A stretch of 41,338 nt of DNA, from positions 1 to 41,338 of IMG/VR virus record IMGVR_UViG_3300008266_007976; one strand, 5' to 3'. A program made the position numbers and the translations under genes. Of this stretch, positions 1-9,800 are shown one piece after another (position 1 is the stretch's first letter; every line of letters begins with the position of its first letter). The notes under the pieces were generated by a model. It did no database searches. It saw nothing but the letters and a program-made list of their open reading frames with translations, and was not told the DNA's origin. This DNA comes from a virus. Taxonomy: Duplodnaviria; Caudoviricetes.

Positions 1-20
1 GAGGAAAGGGGCGGGGAGTG

Positions 21-150
21 TGTGACGGTGTGACATTATCGCGTCACATGCGTCACAAGCGTCACTTCATGTGCGGTTAATTGTGCGGCAGAAAATGAGC
101 GTCACAGTTGTCACAGCGTCACACGTGTCACATGCGTCACAAGCGTCACA
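21..150. repeat. Cluster of GTCAC(A) repeats at ~9-bp spacing (iteron-like)
   Basis: GTCAC(A) starts at 43, 52, 61, 101, 110, 118, 127, 136 and 145. Inverted TGTGAC occurs at 21 and 29. The 23-mer gtcacatgcgtcacaagcgtcac occurs at 43-65 and 127-149. Confidence 0.9.
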
Positions 151-215
151 TGCATTCACGCGAACCGCGTAAAAACCCCTGCGGCGCAATCCGTTTGCAT
201 GGGCGCGGCCTGCTG

Positions 216-1277
216 TCAGTACGCCGATGCCGTGCCCGTCCGCTGAATCGGAGCAAGCCCCAGATGCCGCTCCCAGCGGTCCGCCATGACGGAAGCGGTG
301 TAATGCTGCCACGCAATGCGGCGGGCTGAGTCTGCCAGCGTGTGCCGAAACGTGTGAGCAGTCAGGATGGCGGCTGCAATCTCCGCAGGGGAACAGTCGA
401 GCCGGACGGGAACCCCGAGGTCTTGACCGTGGTCGCGCCGCAGCTGCGCGGCAAAGGGCCAATCTGCGTACACAGTCGGCACGCCGGCAATCCACGCCTC
501 GCACAGGGCAATCGGGTGGGCCTCTGTCTCGGATGGCAGCACGAACACGTCAGAGGCTGCCAGTACGTCGCCAACATGATCCTGCGGTGGCAGCACGCGG
601 ACACGCGGGTTCTGCGCCATGGCCTTCGTCCATCCGGCCTGATCCGGCCCCGCAATCAGCACCACCCAGCTGGACGGCAGCCAATCAAGAGCAGAAACCA
701 GCGCCCATGGCCGTTTCTCCGCGCAGATTCGCCCGCAGAACGTGGCAACACGCTCCTCCGGCTTGATGCCAAGCCGCTCACGCATGGCGCTCCTACCAGC
801 CCGCGGCGTGCATCGGTCAACCTCTGCGCCGTTTGGGATGTAAATGCCGCTGCCGCGAACTGGCCAGACGTTGAGGCTGTTGTCGGACACCGCAAGCAAT
901 TCGACGCCGGGGACGGCGCCCATGCGGCTGGTGACGTTGTCTCCCCACTGGTTTCCGGGACTGCCGTGGCTGACCGCTATCAGCCGGCCGCGGAAGATCC
1001 TGCGGAAATCCGCGAGTTGGTTCCATGCCCATGCAATGACGATGTCGCACCGCTCCGCGAATTGCGCAGCATGATCCCCGGTCATGATCGGGCCAAGCGT
1101 GTGCGCCTCCGCTGCCAGCGGGCCCTGATCGGTGTGGGAGAGGAAGCCGGCAATGTCTGCGCCGTGCAAATGCTTGGCCAACGTCAGCACCCACCGCTCG
1201 GCTCCACCGCACCCGAATCCCGGCGTAATGAATCCCACGCGCTTCCGTGCGCCACCGTAATGCCCCCGGCGACTCAT
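216..1277 (-). CDS. GT-B fold glycosyltransferase, family 4-like (353 aa)
   Basis: N-terminal GGAER motif, FCGRICAEKRP, and DVFVLPSETEAHPIALCEAWIAGVP (ExxxxxxxE). ATG at 1277 overlaps the upstream stop (ATGA). Confidence 0.9.
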   Translation of the reverse strand: MSRRGHYGGARKRVGFITPGFGCGGAERWVLTLAKHLHGADIAGFLSHTDQGPLAAEAHTLGPIMTGDHAAQFAERCDIVIAWAWNQLADFRRIFRGRLIAVSHGSPGNQWGDNVTSRMGAVPGVELLAVSDNSLNVWPVRGSGIYIPNGAEVDRCTPRAGRSAMRERLGIKPEERVATFCGRICAEKRPWALVSALDWLPSSWVVLIAGPDQAGWTKAMAQNPRVRVLPPQDHVGDVLAASDVFVLPSETEAHPIALCEAWIAGVPTVYADWPFAAQLRRDHGQDLGVPVRLDCSPAEIAAAILTAHTFRHTLADSARRIAWQHYTASVMADRWERHLGLAPIQRTGTASAY

Positions 1278-2962
1278 GAAACCAGATTGCCGGAGCAATG
1301 CACAGCGAGCCCGAATCCGCTGCCGTAGCTTGGGTGGCTGGTGACATCCACCCACACGCCTGCGCCTCTGCGCAGATTGCGGACGGCTGTCGCTTCGGTG
1401 TAGTATGCGCCGGCTGGGAGCGTCCACGTTGCTGCCGTCTGACTGTCCACCATGATCTTGCCCGAGATGGCGTCGGTGGCTGTGCTGTTCACCGCAATCA
1501 TCCAGACGCCGTCCTTGATGGCTACCGGGGAAACGTCTGCGGCCACGGCGCCCAGCGGTACCGCGGTGTCTGGGCTGAGAATCTCCTGTCCCCAGCTTCC
1601 GCGCAGCCCGGTCGTGTCGCTCAGTTCCCGTTGATAGACCACGCCACCAGTCTCAATGTCGTGATAGGCCACGAGAATTGACTTGGTGGTGACGTGAATC
1701 CGGGTGGCCAGCTTGCGGCGGTCGTCATGCCAGAGCAGCTGATTCCCGGCTGGATCTGACCCGGTGAGGTTGAGGGTGTCGGCCACGTTGCCGTCCCGCA
1801 TGATGTTCCCGGACACGTTGACCAGCGGCACGCCGCGGAGCGTGAGCCATTCCGTGAAATGAACGTGCCCGCAGAGGATGCCATCCACCTGGGCAAATTC
1901 CGGCCAGTCCATGGCTGCCACCACGCGGTTGGCCTCCTCGGAAACCGTGAGTGCCGGGTGATGGAACGCCACAAGCTTCCACCGGGCTGTGGAAAGCGCC
2001 AACTGCTGGACGAACCATTGATGCTGCACGCTGCCCACCGCGTTGCCATCCGGCTCCACCAGCGTCATGGCGCTGTTTACTCCGGAGTGCAGCACGAACA
2101 CGTCGAGCAGGCCATTCCCGAAACTCTTGCGGTAGTAGCGGGTGTTGCTGCCCAGATAACTGAACTTGCTCGCGTGCGCTGCCCAGTCGTTCACGTCGTG
2201 GTTCCCGAGTGCCGGGTAAACCTTTTGCGCGGCCACCAGCGAATCGAACGGTGCCCACGACTGCGCGAACGTCGCGGGGGCGTAGTGGTTGTCCCCAATA
2301 AACAGAGCAGCGTCCACGCTCCACCCGGCAATCAGGCTGGCCAGTGCGGTGGCGGTGGCTCCCGGTGTGCCAGTGTCGCTGACGGCTGCCAGCGTAAGCC
2401 GCTGCGCCGTGATTGGTCCGGTCCACAGTTGCCAGTCTCCCACGGCCGTGCTGCGGGCGAAATAGATCCCGCGGGAATCACGCTGGTATCCGAGTTGTCC
2501 GGCCCGGGCTGGATTCACTGCACCGCGGGCCGCGTCGTCCGCCCATGAAGGAACGTCCTGCAATCCCTCGGCCGGCACCGTGATGCCCGGTTCGATGCCT
2601 GCCACCTGCATGTCCCCGATCTGCATCGTGAGCATGGTGAGGCGGTCCAGCGCATCCTCCACCGACTCCGCAGGGAAGCGGGAACCCTCCGGAAGGTCGA
2701 GAGGCTGCGTGAACGGCACCCACCGGAATACGATCACCTCGGTGGTGCTGGGGTATGCCGCGGCGGTTGTCACGTATGGCGCTGCGCCTTCGGGATCGTG
2801 AACGGTGAAGGCTGCGCTGCCAAGGTCTGTCTCGGTTTCGCCGACAATGATCCGCACACGGATGTTTCCGGCGTCCCGCAAGAACGGGAAGGTGATGGCG
2901 TAGGGCTGCGTGGTACTACCGTTACCCTGGTAGCGGATGGCGCGGACGTTGGTGGAGATCAT
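1274..2962 (-). CDS. Tail fibre/spike with T7 gp17-like N-terminal anchor and a calcineurin-like metallophosphoesterase domain (562 aa)
   Basis: N-terminus YQGNGSTTQPYAITFPFL...ESVEDALDRLTML is typical of podovirus fibre anchors. The central domain has SDTG, GDNHY, GNHD, FHHP and GHVH metal-binding motifs. Confidence 0.85.
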   Translation of the reverse strand: MISTNVRAIRYQGNGSTTQPYAITFPFLRDAGNIRVRIIVGETETDLGSAAFTVHDPEGAAPYVTTAAAYPSTTEVIVFRWVPFTQPLDLPEGSRFPAESVEDALDRLTMLTMQIGDMQVAGIEPGITVPAEGLQDVPSWADDAARGAVNPARAGQLGYQRDSRGIYFARSTAVGDWQLWTGPITAQRLTLAAVSDTGTPGATATALASLIAGWSVDAALFIGDNHYAPATFAQSWAPFDSLVAAQKVYPALGNHDVNDWAAHASKFSYLGSNTRYYRKSFGNGLLDVFVLHSGVNSAMTLVEPDGNAVGSVQHQWFVQQLALSTARWKLVAFHHPALTVSEEANRVVAAMDWPEFAQVDGILCGHVHFTEWLTLRGVPLVNVSGNIMRDGNVADTLNLTGSDPAGNQLLWHDDRRKLATRIHVTTKSILVAYHDIETGGVVYQRELSDTTGLRGSWGQEILSPDTAVPLGAVAADVSPVAIKDGVWMIAVNSTATDAISGKIMVDSQTAATWTLPAGAYYTEATAVRNLRRGAGVWVDVTSHPSYGSGFGLAVHCSGNLVS

Positions 2963-3531
2963 GAGAGTAGAACGTAGGTGATGCGCTGGCGCTTGTATCC
3001 CGGATTGCCCCACAAGCGAACGGCTTCCGACTTGGCCAGATTGTAGAAGGCGTCCCACTGCGCCGGCGGAATGGTCTGGCATCCCTCGGACGAAGTGCCG
3101 CGATTGCCTCCCCGGTGGATGTTGATTCCGAACATCCCGGTATCGGGTCCGGTGCCGTCGCGGTCCACGGTAACGGGTCCGAGTCGCTGGCAGATTGCCG
3201 GGTGGGCAAACGTGCCGTTGTGCGTGTCGAACTTGTAAACGTCCCAGATTCCCGGCTGGAGGACCGCCATTCCCTTCCGTGATGCGGTGGCGGGCCGGAA
3301 TCCGGACGGGTCCGTGTTGGCGTTGAAAGCCGCAAACGCTTCGGGCGTCCAGATGAAGATGGCGTCGTCGTAAATGCCACGGTCATTGCGGCCCACGGCT
3401 CCCATGCTGTCCCGGTAGTATCCCCGGATCCCAGCGAGGAAGAACGGTGGCAACACCCATTGCGGATACGCCCGATGAATCCGCTCCAGCAATGCGTGGC
3501 GGGTGAGATTGGGACGGCTCGGTGGAATCAT
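2959..3531 (-). CDS. Putative endolysin, L,D-transpeptidase (YkuD)-like Cys peptidase (190 aa)
   Basis: GINIHRGG...SSEGCQT matches the HxG...SxGC catalytic motif; also GIRGY...YDD and NTDPS. Adjacent to a lipoprotein gene at the end of the late operon. Confidence 0.75.
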   Translation of the reverse strand: MIPPSRPNLTRHALLERIHRAYPQWVLPPFFLAGIRGYYRDSMGAVGRNDRGIYDDAIFIWTPEAFAAFNANTDPSGFRPATASRKGMAVLQPGIWDVYKFDTHNGTFAHPAICQRLGPVTVDRDGTGPDTGMFGINIHRGGNRGTSSEGCQTIPPAQWDAFYNLAKSEAVRLWGNPGYKRQRITYVLLS

Positions 3532-3698
3532 GGGATTTCCTTCTCGGCGTCTGCGATGCCCTGCTTGATGCCGCTGTGAACGGAAGCAAAGAACGGCGAG
3601 TAGTTGCGGAGGAGCCACAACAACGCGTCTTTCACGGCCTTGCGGGCGAAAGCGCCAGCGGCTGCAATGGATTCCGGTGAGGGTGCGGGAGGTGCCAT
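3528..3698 (-). CDS. Small hypothetical protein in the lysis region (56 aa)
   Basis: MAPPAPSPESIAAAGAFARKAVKDALLWLLRNY...; its stop overlaps the endolysin ATG. Confidence 0.6.
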   Translation of the reverse strand: MAPPAPSPESIAAAGAFARKAVKDALLWLLRNYSPFFASVHSGIKQGIADAEKEIP

Positions 3699-3703
3699 GG
3701 TGG

Positions 3704-3820
3704 TTACTTGGTGACGGTGACGGTGACGGCTTCGGTGGTCGGCTCGTAGCTGACGGAGAACGCGGGCAGTGCCGTGCATCCAGTCAGGGAAGCGGCTGCA
3801 AGTGCGAGGATGGTACGCAT
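3704..3820 (-). CDS. Small lipoprotein, possibly spanin-like (38 aa; absent from the ORF track)
   Basis: Hand translation MRTILALAAASLTGCTALPAFSVSYEPTTEAVTVTVTK* shows a signal peptide with an LTGC lipobox. Confidence 0.7.
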   Translation of the reverse strand: MRTILALAAASLTGCTALPAFSVSYEPTTEAVTVTVTK

Positions 3821-3834
3821 GCGCGGAGTGTGGT

Positions 3835-6800
3835 TCACTTCAGCATGCTCTGCAATCCCAGAATCCGTTCACGGAGTTCCTGTTGTTTCTCCGGATCTTT
3901 CTCCCGGCCAAGCTTGTTCTTGAGGGAGTTGATTCGTTTCTGCGTTTCGTCGTCTGTTTCGATGATGTTGTCGGCCACGCGGAATGCCTGATCTGTGATC
4001 CCGGCGACCACCGCAGGGAACGCGGACAGTCCCTTCATGACGCCAGTGAATCGCTTCCCGTACCATTCCACGGCCTCGGCTTCGCCATCCGGCGGGCCTT
4101 TGATGATGGCCACGGCGTCGGCTGCTGCCTTCCCGGTGGCGGCCAGCGGCCCGGTGTCCCCACTGAAGTCATCCACGATCTCCCGGATGAGCGGCAGGCC
4201 GGCGGCTGGGCCAAGGAGGATGGAGCGGGCAAAGTCCCATGCCTCCCAGTTCTTTTCATCCAGCCACTGGTCGTCGTCGTCGTCGCGCCAGTCCATCCAT
4301 GCGCTGGAAATGATCTGAAGCATGGGGCCAACCACGAGGTGGGACAGTGCCAGCACCCGAATGTCGTCCGGCGTGGCCTTGCCCTTCGTGGCGGCTGCCA
4401 GTGCGGAAATCCACATGCTGGCCTTTTGCCGGCTGTCCCCGCCGAACATGAGCAGCAGCTTTCCCCACCCGGTCTGCTCAAACAGTGATCGGTCTGTCAC
4501 TTCCACGGGCTGCGCGGTTTGCGTCACGATCCGCTCGGTTTCGGCCAGTGCTTGGCGCTTGGCAGCGGCCTGCCGGAGGTGGTAATCGTAGGCAATGGCG
4601 GCGCTGAAGCTTGTGAACATGGCGTCCACGTAGCCAATCAGTTCCATCCCGGCGCGAAGGAAGTTGCGGCGGCGGGTCGGTGCGGCGAGGAATGTCTTGG
4701 CCACGGCGCTGCGAACTTCCGGGGAGAAACCGCCTTCGATGCGGCGCTGGATGATGTCGCTCTGCCAGATGTCTTTCACGTCCAATCGGCCGGCAATAAA
4801 CTTGCCCACGCCGCTCATGTACTCCCGGAGTGGGATCTTAAAGGCGGCACCGAGCGCGGCGGTGCTTTGCTTCAGCAGCGTGCCAACTTTCCACGCCAGC
4901 GCGGTGGTGGCCTGCCAGTCGAGCATAGTCTGGTACAGGCGGCTGTAGCCGATTTGCAGACCGTTCCCCTCCAGTGATTCCATCCATTGGTTGACCACGG
5001 CCAGCATTTCCGGGCCGTGGGCGGCCACGATCTGCTGCTTCACGTCGGGATCTGCGAACACGCCACGGAGTTCCCGAGCCAGCGGTGCCATCGCCTTCCA
5101 GTGCGCGGTCTGGTTGGCGTGCCCGAAAAACACCTCGAAGGCGTTCTCCAGTCGCGGGGCGGCTTGGTGCGCCTTCCGGCCTTTGAGGAATCCAGCGCGG
5201 AATCCGCCCTCCACCAGTCCGGCCTGCGCCGGGTCCATGGCCTTCTCGGCTCCCCTGCTCCACCATTTGCCGGGTGCGTAGTTCTCAATTTGCGGCAGCG
5301 GAACCCCGAACATGCCCTCGAAGAGCGATGAAAGCGGGAAGTATCCCGTCCGGTATTCGTCCGCCATGAAGGCCCGCATGTCCTTGGCCAGTGGTGAAAG
5401 GCCGGCTTCGATCTCGGCCAGCGTCTCGGCTGTCCATCCGGCAATCTCCAGCGGGCGGGTGTATTGCGCCTGCGCGGCCAGCATGGTGAGGTAGATGCCT
5501 TCGGCCTGCGTCAGTTCCACTTCCTCCTCTGTGCCGGGTTCCCAGCGTGTAATCGTCACAAATGTTGCAGTCGAGTCCCGGCCTGCCTGCATGTTTTTGA
5601 GACGCCGCCCGGTAGTGGCGGCAATTCCACGGGCCGTGGACATATCAACGGAAAGCGCCATGAACGCATCCTCGGCGTCGGCAATTTCCTGCGCGTTGTA
5701 TCCCAGTGCGGCAAGGTTTGGGATGCTTTCAATGGGGATGCGCTCTTCCACGAGCCTGCCGGGTCGGCGAACGGCGCTCACGGTGCGCTCACTGATAAGC
5801 GTCCACAGTTCCTGCTCTGTCTTCGTGCGGTTGTTCCCGGTCGATTTCCGGGCCGCAGCGAACCATCGGCGGTTCATGTCGCGCATCTCGTCGGTGCGCT
5901 GGTGCATCGCTGCCATGGCGCGGTCTGCCCACTCGGTGGCCAGCGGCGCGTCCTTGCCCAGGAGGATTGTGAGAATCTCCCGGAATGACCGGAGCCGGAG
6001 AACGCCACCATTCAGCATTCCGCCGATCCGCTTGGCGGCATCGCCCTGGGCGAGGATTGCGGATGTCTTCGCGGCCGGCAATGCAGCGGAAACCCCGGCC
6101 ACCTTTGCGGCCACGTCGGCAAGGCGGGCCTCTTCGATGGTGCGCCAGTAGTTCCGCCCAGTCTGGTAAACCTGCATTGCCTGTGCCAGTGCGGCCTCAA
6201 GGTCGGCGGCATCGTGCAGTGGAACGCGGTCCTTCATGGCATCCAGCCCCCCGAACGTGTCGAGAATCTGCTGCCGTTCCCACACGTTGGCCTGCTCCTC
6301 CGGTGTGGCAGCGTCTGCCAGTTCCTGCTCCAGCGCCACCCGGCGGGCGTCCACGTCGGCTGCGGACAGGTCCAGCACGGCGGCCACGGCATCGAAGTAG
6401 CGGTGCGCCTCGGCTCCAAGCTTTCCGGTCGGCTTTTCACCGGGCTTCCGGGTGGGCATGGCGCGGTCCACCAGTGCGCGGATTTCCTTAATGGCATCGG
6501 CCCGCAGCGTGCGTTCCAGTTCCTTGTCGAGGATTTCCACGCGGCGTTCGATCTCCTTGGCCATGGCCTCCTGTGTGCCGAGTCGGGCGAGAGCGAGCCA
6601 TCCGCCAACCTTTCCGCGAACCTCGGCCGGGAATGCTGCCAGCACGGCGTCAAGCGTCCGCATGGCGCGGGTCAGCACGGCGCGGTCGTCCCAGTCGGCA
6701 CGCTGCCACTGGTCCATGCGTTTCCTCCAGGCTTCCGTCTCGGTGGCGGCCTGCTTGGCTGCGGCCATGGCAACGGTGTTGTTCCCGGTGGCCTCGGCAA

Positions 6801-9800
6801 CGTAGGCGTCGGCGGCATTCTCTGCTTCGGCGCGGGCTTCAGTGAGAGCCACCTTGTAGTCGTTTACCCACTCTTCCGCCCACTCCTTGGCTTCCTGCGC
6901 GGTGGCTTTAAGTGCGGTCTGGTAGTCGTCCCAGATCCCGGTGAGGCGCTCATTCTCCGCAAGCTCCCGGCTGATGGCGTCCCATAGCATGTCCGGCGTG
7001 ACATCGGCTGCGGTGGTTCCGGATGGGAATACTTCCGGCATCACGCCGAACAATTCCTGCGCCACCACGTCGGGCCGGCCATTGCCGGAGAACAGAATCC
7101 GCGGGAGTTCGTGGCTGCCGTCCCATGACGCAGGGTTCACGTACTCGCCTTTCCCGGCGTATCGCTGCGCCCTCCGGTAGCTCATGAGCGTCCCTTTGTA
7201 CCGCCCACCTTCCTTCTTGGAGAGGTAGCTGATGACGGGTCCGTCCCAGAAACCGGAGTCCCGGTAAATCTGTGAGACGCTGCGGGCATAGTCCTCGTCC
7301 ACCTTTTCCACCAGTTCGATGCGCTTGAAGGTCTGCCGCACTCCTGCCTCGCGGGAAATGGCCTGCCCGGTCTTCTCTTCGATTCCGCGGGCTTCGAGTT
7401 GGTTGGCAAGCTCTGCCCGGTAGGCGTCGGCGCGTCCCCGGCGGATGTCCTGTGCGCTGGCCAGCGTCACGCCGGCCTGCACAAGCAGTTCCTCTTCCCG
7501 GAGGGCTTGGCGGATGTCCTGCTCGCTGTCGAGGCTGGCCACGCTCCGGCGCTCCACGAACCCGGCGCCCTTCCGGTTCCGGAGGAAGGCGTCCCGCAGT
7601 GCGGTCAGGTTCTCACGGGCGCGGGCCACCATGTCGAGGCGGGCCTGCGGACTGCGGGCCATGCGGGCCTCCACGTTGGCGGCCACGTTGTCGAGCATGG
7701 CCTCGGGCTGGAGGGAGAAGGATGCCTCTATCTCTGCTCCGGTGGAGGCGCGTCCAGTTCCAGCGCCATCACCTGCTCGAAGGTCATTTCCTTGCCCAGT
7801 TCCGCCTTGTAGCGGCGTTGGGCCTCCAGAAGGTTGGCCACCATTTGCGGGTCCAGCCCATACCGGGCGCTCAATTCCTCGCGCAAGGAGTTGTTGTCTA
7901 GCTTCGTCATCGGGCAAAGACTGCCAGATGGCGCGGGTTTGCTCAAGCAGTTTCTTGCCCTTTTCGTCCCGCCCATAGAGTCCCCGGACGGCTTCCCATG
8001 TGATGCTCTGCATTTGCCGCGGGAGGATACCCCGCTCGGCTGCGGCCTCTTGGTACGCGGCCAGATAGAGGTAATAAACTCCGGCGATTCCGTAAACTTC
8101 ACTCTTCCCGGCTGCGCCGAAGTTGTCTTCGACTTCTCGGGCGCTGGAACCGAACGGCATCAGGTGAGCGGCGGCCACCGCATGCGTGTCCATGGTGGTG
8201 TCACCAAAGGCGCTGTTGGGCGCAATGATGTTGTTGTAGAACGACCGTACCTTGTGCATGTCGCCAACTTCCTCGGAGATGTTCTCAAGGCTGCCGTCTT
8301 TGATGATGCTGATGCACTTGAGGATTTCCACGGTGCTTCCCCATGTGTTCGTTCCGGGGTTTCCATTGTCCCGGATGAACGTCCCCATGGTTTTGCCCTC
8401 CGGGGTGAGTGCATTGTAGGTGCGCCCGAACTTATACTGGGCCAGCAGTCTCACTGTCCAAGCTTGCAGAATTGGAGTGCTTACCATTTGGGCCAGCGTC
8501 TTGCCTTTGGCCAACTCAAAAAGGTCACGCCGCTCCTGCTTCAATGCTTCCAGCCTGCTGCGGTTTTCTTCCAAACGGGCGTTTCGCTGTGCCTTGGTTT
8601 CATTCGGTTGCTTTGGTGCTTTTTGGCTATCCTTCAGCACGGCAGCTTGAGCGATGTCCTCGCCGGCCGTGTCCAGCATGTCCTGCGTGACGGTCGTGCC
8701 CTGATCGCTCAACCAGATTTCAATCACCTGCTCGGCTTGGGTCACGTTCATGAACCAATCCTTTTGCGGGGACAGGCAGGCCATGATTGCGGCGGTCTGC
8801 TGCGGCGTGAGTTTCCACTGCTTGGCGAGGCGCTTGGCGATGCGGTTGGCACCATCATACCACTGCGTGGCGCGTGCGCGGAGTTCCGCAGGGAACTTGT
8901 CATGCAGCGCCAGCAGGTTGGTTTTCATCCAGTCGATGAGTTTGCGGGCCTTCTTTGCCGGATCCTGCTCTGCCAGAATGTCCTTTGGCAGGTGCGAATA
9001 ATTCATCTTGGCCATGTGAGCGGCCAGAATCTTGGGCGGGATATTGTCGAAGGAGATGTTGTCCTTGTTGGTGGTCGCCTTGGGGTTGGCCTTGGTGCCC
9101 TTCTTCGAGGTTCCTACACGGAACTTATCGTCCTTTTTGGTCGGCTTGCTGATCTGCGCTACCTTTGTGAGGCTGAACGAAATCTCCGGCCTCGTCACGT
9201 CGAACCGCTGCGACAACGGCACGAGGTTCCCGGCTTCGTCGTAGGTGAACGGGTCTGCGGATTTGATCTGCTCCGGCTCAAAGGCGATGTAGTTGTTGCC
9301 GTACAGGAACGGGCCTTCTGGGTCATCCATCTCGCTCGGCATCACAATGCCATCGTATCCCTGCGACTTGAGGAATTGCGTGAATTCCAAAGCGCTTTCA
9401 GTGAGTTCAAGTTCCGGACTGTCAGGCTCATATCCTGTGCCGCGGAAATCCATGAACCTGTCGTCATGTTCCGGAACCCACTTGGGATTCCTCAGATTCA
9501 CGAACCATTTGGTGGTTTTCCCGGCATTGTGCGCTTCTGCATCACGCCGCTGCTCAGTCATGTAGAAAAACGGCGCTCTGATAATGCCGCCCTCCATAAT
9601 CTCGGCACCACTGTGGTATGCTTGGCGCATGCCTTTGGACTTCGCCACGGCATCCACCATCGCCTGCGCTTCCTGCTCCGCCGCAGCATCCCCGGCCTTG
9701 GCGCGGCGTTCGAGGTCTGCGTGGCGGGCGTCTTGCTCGGTCAGGTTGAACGCCCACACGTCGTCACCTTCTTCCCGCGGATTGTAAATCAGGTCCGCTT

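Noticed and set aside
67-504. 145-aa ORF containing CDACDACDTCD (ferredoxin- or Zn-like)
   Set aside because: The Cys pattern is simply the translation of the GTCACA DNA repeats, and the ORF overlaps the glycosyltransferase gene.
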